From positions 3,318-67,317 of the IMG/VR virus record IMGVR_UViG_2974729448_000001: a DNA stretch of 64,000 nt. One strand, given 5' to 3'. The notes beneath the pieces were generated by a model. It was not told the origin of the DNA. It was given only the letters and a program-made list of their open reading frames with translations, and did no database searches. Positions within the stretch are counted from its first letter, which is position 1. Each line of letters starts with the position of its first letter. Shown in pieces: positions 26,644 to 35,404 of the stretch. The stretch comes from a virus (lineage: Duplodnaviria > Heunggongvirae > Uroviricota > Caudoviricetes > Crassvirales). The translations under genes were made by a program, and so were the position numbers.

Positions 26644-26794
26644 TGCATAGATTTCTTTGTTGAGGGTCTTTAGGATGGGTAAATAATAAGAACCTGAGTG
26701 CTGGTAGGTAAGTTACTTTTCTTGTTTTAGGTTGTACTTTGTTCTTAGTAAAGAATCAAAGCAATTAGAAGATAACTCTTAATAAACATAATAT

Positions 26795-27214
26795 ATGGAA
26801 GAAGTTTTAGTATCTCTGGAGACAGCTAAGCTGTTAAAAGAAAAAGGTTTCAATGTTCCTTGCAGATATTGTCATTGTAAGGAAGTGCAGGGTGGTGACT
26901 GGAAAATCAAGGACTATATAGAAGAAAAGAAAGGAACCATTTATGAAAGTGAAAGTGACACTGAAGTAAATTGGAACTCAAACATATATACTTTTGTACC
27001 TTTCTATTCAGCTCCTACTCAGTCATTAGCTCAAAAGTGGTTAAGAGATGTTCATAAGTTAATCATTAATGTTATTGCTAAAGACGACAATATTTGGACA
27101 TATACCACTGGTTCTATGGAAGGCTTTATAAATATTGATGGGGACTATGAAGATTACCCCACTTATGAAGAAGCTCTTGAAACAGCATTACAAGAAACAT
27201 TAAAATATATCTAA
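26795..27214 (+). CDS. hypothetical protein
   Basis: 139-aa ORF. Confidence 0.4.
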   Translation: MEEVLVSLETAKLLKEKGFNVPCRYCHCKEVQGGDWKIKDYIEEKKGTIYESESDTEVNWNSNIYTFVPFYSAPTQSLAQKWLRDVHKLIINVIAKDDNIWTYTTGSMEGFINIDGDYEDYPTYEEALETALQETLKYI

Positions 27215-27216
27215 TT

Positions 27217-27441
27217 ATGAACTACAAAGAAATGCTTGAGGCAGCTAAGTCTCATAGAGTTACACACCCATCAATGGAGAGTGATGATGATGAACCATTT
27301 TGGATAACATTCTGTGAGGGTTGTGGATTCTGGCATAGCAAAGATGGCATAGCTTTGTCAGATGAAGAGTTTCAGAATGACTTACAGGCAGGTATTACAG
27401 ATAATCCTGCTCTTGAGGAAGGTTGGGAAATAGTAAAATGA
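27217..27441 (+). CDS. hypothetical small acidic protein
   Basis: 74-aa ORF. Confidence 0.35.
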   Translation: MNYKEMLEAAKSHRVTHPSMESDDDEPFWITFCEGCGFWHSKDGIALSDEEFQNDLQAGITDNPALEEGWEIVK

Positions 27442-27532
27442 ATAAAGATATGAAAGTAGCTTATAGAAAAAGAGGAGTAGTATTCATGTTAATTGCAACA
27501 TGTAGTGGTAAACAACTAAAAATATATAAGTA

Positions 27533-27991
27533 ATGGATTTAACAAAGATATTAGAAGGTCAGGAGAATACATTATTGTACTCTCCTTTATTTGGGAAGGT
27601 AATATTTAAACTTATTGATAAAAGTGGAAAGTATTTTCCTATTGTCTGTTTTTCACCTGAAACACGTCAAAATGTATTCTTCACAAGAGAAGGGTACTAT
27701 TTCACAGAGTATAAGGATGCTGAATGTGTGTTATTTCCATCAAAATCTAACAGAGATTGGAGTAACTTCAAACAAGACTTACCAAAAGGTACTCCTGTTA
27801 TGGTCAGTGAGAGTTTCAAAAGTTCATGGCTGTTTAGATATTATGCTGGGGATAGTTATGCCTATCATGACCAAGAATCATCCTCTAATACATGTAAGAG
27901 TCTGTGGAAGTACATTATTCCTACAGATAAATTCAACTTTAAAGATAAAACTTTTAATATAGAAGATAACTATGGTACAGCTAATAGGTGA
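27533..27991 (+). CDS. hypothetical protein
   Basis: 152-aa ORF. Alternative-frame ORF 27615..27962 discounted. Confidence 0.4.
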   Translation: MDLTKILEGQENTLLYSPLFGKVIFKLIDKSGKYFPIVCFSPETRQNVFFTREGYYFTEYKDAECVLFPSKSNRDWSNFKQDLPKGTPVMVSESFKSSWLFRYYAGDSYAYHDQESSSNTCKSLWKYIIPTDKFNFKDKTFNIEDNYGTANR

Positions 27992-28385
27992 GTTTATCCT
28001 AATTGGAGTAATAGGAGGATTGTTGGGCATATTCTACATGAATTGTCTTAAGGCTGAAGGAATGATATTCAATGGGTTTTATTATAGAATACTCAAACCT
28101 TGGGCTGAACTTGAGAATGATTTAGAAGAGGAATGTATCTATTATCAATTATCCTTTGCAGATAAATTAAGAAAGTGGATATCCTATCCTCTTGGTTATT
28201 GTGTATACTGTAGTTCTACTTGGATTACATTCTTCTTATGTGCATTATGGCTCATTAACTGGCAATCATTGCCTGATTGGAACATGATAGTAATAGGAGT
28301 ATTAGCTGCAACAGGTGTACAACATTTAATAGTAGCTTGTGCTTGTAGATTCCTAATTTATAAACACCCAGACTTAGATTTCTGA
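27972..28385 (+). CDS. hypothetical integral membrane protein
   Basis: 137-aa ORF with ~4 hydrophobic helices. Confidence 0.4.
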   Translation: MVQLIGEFILIGVIGGLLGIFYMNCLKAEGMIFNGFYYRILKPWAELENDLEEECIYYQLSFADKLRKWISYPLGYCVYCSSTWITFFLCALWLINWQSLPDWNMIVIGVLAATGVQHLIVACACRFLIYKHPDLDF

Positions 28386-28395
28386 TAAAAAAAAA

Positions 28396-28764
28396 ATGAA
28401 ACTGATTAAATCAACAATCAAAAGAGACAAGCCTATTGGTGAATTACCTCATGGCAGAGTAAAAATTACAATGCTGGATGAACAACCAGAGAGTATTTGG
28501 GTAGCCAAAGATGAAGAGAACAAAGTAATGTATCTCTTAAATCATGCTCTTATGTTTTATCCTGTACCTTCTTGGGGAATGGAATTGCCTCTTACATTAG
28601 GTTCAATAGACCTATATAAATACAGAGGAGATTCCATTGATGAAACTCAATTCACAGTATGTGAGGAAGCATACAATAGCTTGAGTGACTTCTTAGATGA
28701 AGAAGGAAACTTTGATATTGAAGGTTATATAACTTTTTGTAATTCAGAAGAAGATAAACAATGA
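28396..28764 (+). CDS. hypothetical protein
   Basis: 122-aa ORF preceded directly by an A10 tract. Confidence 0.4.
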   Translation: MKLIKSTIKRDKPIGELPHGRVKITMLDEQPESIWVAKDEENKVMYLLNHALMFYPVPSWGMELPLTLGSIDLYKYRGDSIDETQFTVCEEAYNSLSDFLDEEGNFDIEGYITFCNSEEDKQ

Positions 28765-28903
28765 CAACATTTGAGTATGGAAATGGCTATTTGCCAGAGA
28801 TATGGTATTAAATAACTAAAGATATGTTAAAGTGAATAATATATTTGCATATATGAAAACTTTAGCATATCTTTGCAATGTCTAACAAATAAAACATAGT
28901 AAT

Positions 28904-30325
28904 ATGTGTTCTAAATTAAATCCGTCATTAAAACCATCATTAAAATTAGATGATGTTAGATTGGCTGGTGGTTCTGGTGCTAAAGCAGCTAAACAATCAG
29001 AAATAGAATTGCTAAGAAGAGTAGTTTTAGCCAATCTACTTTGGGAAGATGTTGCCTATATAGATGGCAAGAGTGTAGCTGATGAAATCAAAAGACTAAT
29101 TCCTCTATGTAAAGGTAAGGATGTAGCTAATCTTGCTCTTGAAGCAAGAATCAATCAGAAGCTCAGACATACTCCACTATTTATAGCAGTAGAGATGTGC
29201 AGATATCCAGAGCATAAGACATATGTAAAGGAATTACTTCCTATGATTATTACAAGAGCTGACATGTTGACAGACTTCTTGGCATTATATTGGAAGGATG
29301 GAAAGAAGCCTATCTGTAATCAAGCTAAGAAAGGATTGGCAGCAGCTTTTCATAATTTCAATGAATACAAGTTTGCTAAATATGACAGGGATGCAGCCAT
29401 TAAGTTAAGAGATGTCATGTTCTTATGTAGACCTAAGCCAAATAATGAACAGGAAGCTGAACTATTCAAAAAGATAGCTGACAGGACTCTTACCCCACCT
29501 GAAACTTGGGAAGTATTACTTTCTGCTGGTAAAGATAAGAAAGAGACTTGGCAATACCTTATTAATAATGGAAAGATTGGAGGTCTTGCAATGCTGAGGA
29601 ATATTAGTAATATGATGAAAGCTAATGTAGACAAGGAAATCATAAGATATGGTCTTAGAAGTTTAAAGTCCTCAATGCTTTTACCTCTTGATTTCTTTAA
29701 ATCTGCAAGAATGGCTACTGAATTTAAGAGAGATATTGAAGATGCAATGATTGAATCATATAAATCTCTTCCTAAATTGAAAGGAAATACCTTATTCATT
29801 GTAGATGTATCAGGTTCCATGCTTTCTAATTTATCAGGTAAATCATCATTTTCAAGACTGGATGCTGCCTGTGCAATGGCTATGTTGGCTATTAACCAGT
29901 GTGAGAGATATGAACTTGTAACTACAGCAGGAGATGATTATAGAAGAATTCAATCATCTGAACATATTAAATATCCTGAGAGAGGATTTGGAGTGTTCAA
30001 TCAAATAAAACAGTCAATGGGTAAGATTGGTAGTGGAGGTATCTTTACTAAACAATGTCTTGACTGGTGTAGGAAGAAGTTTGGAGGAGTCAAGTTTGAT
30101 AGAATAATCATATTCTCAGATTCACAAGATATTGATTATCACTATGATAAGACTATACTTCCTGAGCCTTTTGGTAAATGTAATTACATCTGTGATGTTT
30201 CAGCAGAACTTAGAGGTGTGAATTATAAAGGCAGATGGACAGCAGAAATTGGTGGTTTTTCAGAGCATTTCCTTACTTATATTGCAGCTTTAGAAGGATT
30301 GCAGAATAAGTTTGAGGAACAATAA
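28904..30325 (+). CDS. rsr: Ro60/Rsr orthologue (TROVE domain + vWA domain)
   Basis: 473-aa ORF. PLFIAVEMCRYPEHK, MLRNISNMMKANV and the MIDAS region LFIVDVSGSM...AACAMAMLAI align by eye with Ro60 (as I recall it: PMLFALAI..., LLRNLGKMTANSV, LLAVDVSASM...AAAMCMVV). N-terminal ~300 aa are helical-repeat-like, C-terminal ~170 aa vWA. Confidence 0.75.
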   Translation: MCSKLNPSLKPSLKLDDVRLAGGSGAKAAKQSEIELLRRVVLANLLWEDVAYIDGKSVADEIKRLIPLCKGKDVANLALEARINQKLRHTPLFIAVEMCRYPEHKTYVKELLPMIITRADMLTDFLALYWKDGKKPICNQAKKGLAAAFHNFNEYKFAKYDRDAAIKLRDVMFLCRPKPNNEQEAELFKKIADRTLTPPETWEVLLSAGKDKKETWQYLINNGKIGGLAMLRNISNMMKANVDKEIIRYGLRSLKSSMLLPLDFFKSARMATEFKRDIEDAMIESYKSLPKLKGNTLFIVDVSGSMLSNLSGKSSFSRLDAACAMAMLAINQCERYELVTTAGDDYRRIQSSEHIKYPERGFGVFNQIKQSMGKIGSGGIFTKQCLDWCRKKFGGVKFDRIIIFSDSQDIDYHYDKTILPEPFGKCNYICDVSAELRGVNYKGRWTAEIGGFSEHFLTYIAALEGLQNKFEEQ

Positions 30326-30512
30326 TATAATGTCATTAGTGTATTACAGATTTACATCAATAATCTTTTAAATTATCCAGATAACTATAATCTGTTAAAT
30401 GTTCTATGGCATTTTTCTTATAAAGACATCATTAGTGTAGCACAGAGTTACTTCATAAATAGTCATAAGCAAAACTCACTCTTTGCACTATTCTATGATG
30501 TCTTTTTTCTTT

Positions 30513-30654
30513 GGAGGGATAGCTCAGTTGGTAGAGCAGCAGTATAAATGAAAATTACACTTTAGTCATGGTTCCACAGCAGTGTTGGTGTAGATTAGAG
30601 TTACTTCAAAGCCTTGTAAGCTGCGGGTCATTGGTTCAAGTCCAATTCCCTCCA
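30513..30654 (+). ncRNA. tRNA-like RNA with ~76-nt insertion replacing the anticodon loop; candidate Y RNA (YrlA-like) partner of Ro60
   Basis: GGAGGGA-TA-GCTC-AGTTGGTA-GAGC-A-GCAGT[76-nt insert]GCTGC-GGGTC-ATTGG-TTCAAGT-CCAAT-TCCCTCC-A. Canonical acceptor, D-arm, T-arm and anticodon-stem-like pairing, with no anticodon loop. Lies 188 nt downstream of the Ro60 gene. Confidence 0.5.
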
Positions 30655-30847
30655 CAAAAGATTAGTGATTATAACACTTACTTCAACAATAATTTAACAG
30701 AAAAAAAAAATTGGTATTTTTTCAATATATAATTTAAAAATTAGTGTTATAGCATGTCCTATCTTAAGGCTGTCAGTGTTTCTGGCAGCCTTTTTTATTG
30801 TAAGTTTTTCTTATAAATATATTATTAACATCTAAAAAAAAAAAATC

Positions 30848-31204
30848 ATGAAAGAAAATGAAGCAAAAGAGTTAGTTAAATTGTTAGGTCTTGATAAACC
30901 TATGGACCCAGATGTAATTAAGCTTCTATTTGAAGCTGTTAAAGAGATTGGAGATAAAGTGGGAGATGAAAATGCAGAGGAGGCAAGAGACACAATAGAT
31001 AAGGCTATGGACAGTCTTAAAGATAACCAAACAAAGGCTATGATTATCTCTTATCTACTTAGCAAGCTCCCCTTGGAGCTGACTAATTTCCTAATGGAAA
31101 ATATGAAGGAATTAGTTATGGCAAGTACTCTAAGTAATATTACTGGAGGTTCTGAAGATGACTCTATTCAGTCTAAACTATTAGAATTGATGAAGAGTAA
31201 CTAA
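30848..31204 (+). CDS. hypothetical acidic helical protein
   Basis: 118-aa ORF preceded by an A12 tract. Confidence 0.4.
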   Translation: MKENEAKELVKLLGLDKPMDPDVIKLLFEAVKEIGDKVGDENAEEARDTIDKAMDSLKDNQTKAMIISYLLSKLPLELTNFLMENMKELVMASTLSNITGGSEDDSIQSKLLELMKSN

Positions 31205-31430
31205 GAAATTTAAACAAAGTAAGTACAACATTTATATCTTAAGAAATATGCAATTTATACAGTTGATAGGAGGGTTATTAGCTATAGCAATAATCATAAC
31301 ACTGTTTATCAGATATAACCCAAAATTAGATTTGATAACCACTAATAACAAATATACCCTTCTATTGTGGTATAACAAATATAATATGTTAGGAAGTAAA
31401 AGTAGGACTTATACTGTAATCTTTTAAGGC

Positions 31431-31616
31431 ATGAAGGTTTTATTAGTGGCTGCATGGATTGTGATTGCCATGTGGAGTGTATCTATTGCATTCCACATGA
31501 TGTCAGCTTCCAATACAGTGGAGAATGTTATAGGATTCTTCTTATTAGTAATTATTGGCTTGGTGTCCTATAACACTAAGTGTTTTTCAAGTTTTAAATT
31601 TAAAAGAAGGAAATGA
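31431..31616 (+). CDS. small membrane protein
   Basis: 61-aa ORF, two hydrophobic helices. Confidence 0.3.
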   Translation: MKVLLVAAWIVIAMWSVSIAFHMMSASNTVENVIGFFLLVIIGLVSYNTKCFSSFKFKRRK

Positions 31617-32401
31617 AAAGTAGATTTGTTTTAGGAATGCTCACTGCCCTTATTATGGTGAGTGTAATGTTTACATCATGTGAAAGAATTGATGCAGGAT
31701 GTGAAGGTATCAAAGTGAATCTCTATGGAGATGATAAGGGAGTTGGAGATGTTGCTTTGGTTACTGGTAGAGTATGGTATAATCCATTTACTACTGAAAT
31801 CTTTGAATATGAAACATATGTCAAGACTGTAGATTATCCTCCTTTCAAGATTAATGCACAAGATGGTTCAGAGTTTACAGTTGACCCAACAGTTTCATTG
31901 AAGATTATTGATGGAAAGTCTCCTGAAGTGTTCAAGAAGTATAGAAAGGGATTAAATGAAGTAATTACTGGAACCTTATTTAATTATGTAAGAGATGCTT
32001 TTAGGATTCAGCTTAATAACTTTACTACTGATTATATAGTTAGTCACAGAGACAGTATTGAGAAAGCTATAGAAGCTCATCTTGGTTCATCATTGGCAAA
32101 AGAGAACTTTCAGTTGGAGCAATTAACTTCAGGACTCAGTTATCCCCAGACTATTGTAGATGCTGTAGATGCAAAGAATAAAGCTGTTCAGCAAGCAATG
32201 CAAGTTGAGAATGAAGTGAAGGTAGCTGAGGCTCAGGCTAAGAAGCTTATTGTAGCTGCTGAGGCTGAATATAGAGCTAATGAATTGAAAACTAAAGCTT
32301 TGACTCCTGCCATTCTTGAACAAATGTGGATTGAGAAATGGGATGGTAAATTACCTGTATATGGTCAGGTTCCTACCCTATTTAAGAATATAGGACAGTA
32401 G
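31613..32401 (+). CDS. SPFH/band-7-like lipoprotein
   Basis: 262-aa ORF. Signal peptide ending in lipobox-like FTSC. Alpha-helical AEAEAEYRANE segment typical of SPFH (HflK/C, stomatin-like) proteins. Confidence 0.45.
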   Translation: MKSRFVLGMLTALIMVSVMFTSCERIDAGCEGIKVNLYGDDKGVGDVALVTGRVWYNPFTTEIFEYETYVKTVDYPPFKINAQDGSEFTVDPTVSLKIIDGKSPEVFKKYRKGLNEVITGTLFNYVRDAFRIQLNNFTTDYIVSHRDSIEKAIEAHLGSSLAKENFQLEQLTSGLSYPQTIVDAVDAKNKAVQQAMQVENEVKVAEAQAKKLIVAAEAEYRANELKTKALTPAILEQMWIEKWDGKLPVYGQVPTLFKNIGQ

Positions 32402-32403
32402 CT

Positions 32404-32757
32404 ATGTTTTGGTTTATCATAGCCTTGATTAGTGTACTGATATCAGGTACACTACTCTTTTGTTCTCATGAACAGAAAATTGACAGGAAGAAGAACTGTA
32501 ACTTTTGGGAAGACTATGAATGGGAGGATGTTAGTTCTGAAAGGTTTAAATTTCCTCTATGGGCTGTGCTTGTATTACTTATAATATCACTTACACCTGT
32601 GCTCAACTTAATTTTAATCCCTATAATAATAACTGTGTATATTATACAACTTCTTAGGGAAGATGATGCATATGGTATAAAGACAACTGCTCGAAGGATT
32701 GTAGTAAGATGCAAGTGGGTAGACTGGCTTCTTAAATTTCTAAACAAGAAGATATGA
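32404..32757 (+). CDS. two-TM membrane protein, holin candidate
   Basis: 117-aa ORF with two transmembrane segments, immediately upstream of the peptidoglycan hydrolase gene. Confidence 0.35.
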   Translation: MFWFIIALISVLISGTLLFCSHEQKIDRKKNCNFWEDYEWEDVSSERFKFPLWAVLVLLIISLTPVLNLILIPIIITVYIIQLLREDDAYGIKTTARRIVVRCKWVDWLLKFLNKKI

Positions 32758-33236
32758 AAGAAAGAAAGATTGATGTTTGCTGTTTATTAGCCTTTGTCTG
32801 CCTTTTGATAGGTCAGACATGGTTATGTTATAGGATAGATAAGCTTGAGAAGAAAGATGAACCAAAGGTACATGTTAAACTTGAACAACCTGACTTTCTT
32901 ATGTCTGATAATCCTAAAGATGACCTCATGAAAGTGTTAGAATATTATGGAGTATTACATCCTGAAATAGTCTATGCACAAGCAGTACTTGAAACTGGTC
33001 ATTTTAGGTCTAAGGTGTGTAAGGAATATAATAACTTGTTTGGATTGTACAATAGTACAACAAAAGACTATTATAAGTTTAATCATTGGACAGAGTCAGT
33101 AATTGCTTATATTAACTACATACAGTATAGATATACCCCTCCAAACAACTATTATAAGTTTTTGGAGAGGATAGGCTATGCTCAAGATAGTTTATATGTG
33201 AGTAAATTAAAAAATATAGTGAAGAGAAATGAATAG
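32754..33236 (+). CDS. peptidoglycan hydrolase, glucosaminidase (GH73/FlgJ-like) family endolysin
   Basis: 160-aa ORF, N-terminal hydrophobic anchor. AQAVLETGHFRS...NNLFGLYN matches the glucosaminidase-domain signature (AQa.lESGwg.S...NNlFGik). Confidence 0.6.
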   Translation: MKERKIDVCCLLAFVCLLIGQTWLCYRIDKLEKKDEPKVHVKLEQPDFLMSDNPKDDLMKVLEYYGVLHPEIVYAQAVLETGHFRSKVCKEYNNLFGLYNSTTKDYYKFNHWTESVIAYINYIQYRYTPPNNYYKFLERIGYAQDSLYVSKLKNIVKRNE

Positions 33237-34404
33237 AAAGCAGGCTCAAGAAGAGATAATGAAGATAAAGAGTAGTGCTATACTCTGTGAGTTACCAACT
33301 TCTTTTGGTAAATCTAAGATAGGAATTGATTTAGCTTTAAGAGATAATCCTAATGGAATACTTATAGTAGTACCCAGATTAGTGCTTATAAACAACTGGA
33401 AAGAGGAGTTTATCAAGTGGGGATTAAAGTCTTGGTTAGATAGAGTGTACTTCAGTACTTATGTTGGATTAAATAAGCATGTAGAGTCAGATTGGGATTG
33501 TGTTATATTTGATGAAGTACAACACATGTCAGAAAGATGCAGGGAATTTGTATCTACTATGACTATATATCATTCCATTATGCTTTCAGCAACAGTTACC
33601 AAAGATATGAAGTGGGAACTTAGTCAGTTGTTTCCTGATTTTCAGTGTTATACAGTGAAGATGAAGGATGCCATAGACAATGAAATCCTTCCTGACCCAA
33701 GAGTATTTCTTATACCTCTTGAGCTTGATAATAAACATGCTGTACATACAATGATAGAGCATCCCAAAGCCAAGATTGTGAAAGAATGTCTATATAAAGA
33801 CAGGTGGTCATATCTTAGGGATAAATCAGTTCAGGTACATATTAAATGTACTGCATATCAATATGTTACAGAGTTGGGAGCTAAAATTGACTATTGGAAG
33901 AAGCAATATATGAGAACAAGAAATGAAGGAGTAAAGACAAAGTGGTTATTCCTTGCAGGTCAAAGACTCAAGTTTCTTTCACAATTAAAGAACCCTATTA
34001 TCTTATCTCTTCTGGAGAGGCTGAAATCTGAAAGAGTACTTACATTTTGTAGTTCCATTGAACAAACAGAAGTTTTAGGAGAAAACTGTATCAACAGTAA
34101 GAGTGAGAAATCTTCTGAGGTGCTTAGTATGTTCAATCATAAGAAGATTAATCATATTACAGCCTGTAACATGCTTAATGAAGGTATGAATCTTGTAGAT
34201 TGTAGAATTGGGTTATATGCCAATCTTAACAGTAGTGATATTATCATAAAACAGAGATTAGGCAGAATCTTAAGACATAAGGAACCTATTATTATTATTC
34301 CTTACTTTGTCAATACAAGAGAGGAAGAACTCATTGAGAAGATGGCTGGAGATTATAATCCTGACTTAATAGTAAAAACAAATTTAAATAAAATAACATT
34401 ATGA
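33229..34404 (+). CDS. SF2 (DExH-box) helicase
   Basis: 391-aa ORF. Motif I TSFGKSKI, motif II DEVQH, motif III SAT, motif VI QRLGRILR. Confidence 0.6.
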   Translation: MNRKQAQEEIMKIKSSAILCELPTSFGKSKIGIDLALRDNPNGILIVVPRLVLINNWKEEFIKWGLKSWLDRVYFSTYVGLNKHVESDWDCVIFDEVQHMSERCREFVSTMTIYHSIMLSATVTKDMKWELSQLFPDFQCYTVKMKDAIDNEILPDPRVFLIPLELDNKHAVHTMIEHPKAKIVKECLYKDRWSYLRDKSVQVHIKCTAYQYVTELGAKIDYWKKQYMRTRNEGVKTKWLFLAGQRLKFLSQLKNPIILSLLERLKSERVLTFCSSIEQTEVLGENCINSKSEKSSEVLSMFNHKKINHITACNMLNEGMNLVDCRIGLYANLNSSDIIIKQRLGRILRHKEPIIIIPYFVNTREEELIEKMAGDYNPDLIVKTNLNKITL

Positions 34405-34805
34405 AAAATAGAGTTCATATTTCTAAGACCAAGTTTCATGTAGATGAAAAGAGTAAAGTTGTTGTTTGTGTTATTAATGCAGACATGCAACTCAGTAAAC
34501 ATAAAGCTTGGGATGTCATCTCTGAAAACATGTGGAAAAAAGAATATCCTCATGTTGATTTTTGGGGAGGCTTTACAACAAAAGCTGTATCAAGGTGTAA
34601 CCCTGATGATACATTTGACATTGAGAAGGGCAAGAGAATTGCAGAATCAAGAGCTAAAGCAAAGGCATTTATTATAGCTACAAATGTCTACTACTGTATT
34701 CATAAGAGTCTTGAGAGGTATCTTGACTCTGTAGCAGATTCAAATCAAGCTTGTAGCTTAGCTGCTGCTGTAGAAGAGGAGCATGTTGAAGAGCTAATTA
34801 AGTAG
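34401..34805 (+). CDS. hypothetical protein
   Basis: 134-aa ORF. Nested alternate-frame ORF 34444..34677 discounted. Confidence 0.4.
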   Translation: MKNRVHISKTKFHVDEKSKVVVCVINADMQLSKHKAWDVISENMWKKEYPHVDFWGGFTTKAVSRCNPDDTFDIEKGKRIAESRAKAKAFIIATNVYYCIHKSLERYLDSVADSNQACSLAAAVEEEHVEELIK

Positions 34806-34806
34806 T

Positions 34807-35403
34807 ATGACAATAACAATAGATGAAGAAGTATGCAAGAAGTATGGCTTGACCTTGCAAGAGGTCTTGCTATTGCTTCTTGTAAAGACAGAAGGAGATA
34901 CTCCTGCTGTCTTACAAAGCTTGGAGGAAAAAGAAGCTGTAGTTAAGGAGGGGCTATTCAACAGATATCTTATCACTTCTCCTTGGGATGATAGACTTTC
35001 TGGAGTATTGTTAGATTCAGATAAAAACAGGCAGCCCCAAGATAGGATTGAAAACCTTGCATTAAGTATGATGGAAATATTTCCTAAGCAGAAAAAGAGT
35101 GGAACATGCCATTATTTCAGAGGCAACAAGAAAGATATTACCTTAAGACTTAAGAAATTCTTCAAGTTATATGGTGACAAATACTCTGATGAACAAATAC
35201 TGGATGCAACAAGGAGATATGTAGAATCTTTCAATGGTAACTATGCTTATATGAGAGTATTGAAGTATTTTATCTGGAAAGATGAAGTAAAGAGAAACTC
35301 AGAAGGTGAAGGTTATGTTGCAGAAACTTCAGATTTAGCAACTTTCATTGAAAATTCTGGAGTTGATGAAGGTAGATTTGACTGGACAAGTAGTTTAAAT
35401 TAA
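34807..35403 (+). CDS. hypothetical protein
   Basis: 198-aa ORF. Confidence 0.4.
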   Translation: MTITIDEEVCKKYGLTLQEVLLLLLVKTEGDTPAVLQSLEEKEAVVKEGLFNRYLITSPWDDRLSGVLLDSDKNRQPQDRIENLALSMMEIFPKQKKSGTCHYFRGNKKDITLRLKKFFKLYGDKYSDEQILDATRRYVESFNGNYAYMRVLKYFIWKDEVKRNSEGEGYVAETSDLATFIENSGVDEGRFDWTSSLN

Positions 35404-35404
35404 T

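Noticed and set aside
26454-26648. 64-aa minus-strand ORF
   Set aside because: Overlaps the tmRNA gene almost exactly. The RNA gene explains the conservation-looking structure, and the ORF has no start context.
22200-26700. CRISPR array, diversity-generating retroelement or integrase/attachment site
   Set aside because: No regularly spaced direct repeats with unique spacers, no reverse-transcriptase or integrase-like ORF, and no template/variable repeat pair were seen anywhere in the window. The only direct repeats are the irregularly spaced GCTCATTACT motif copies.
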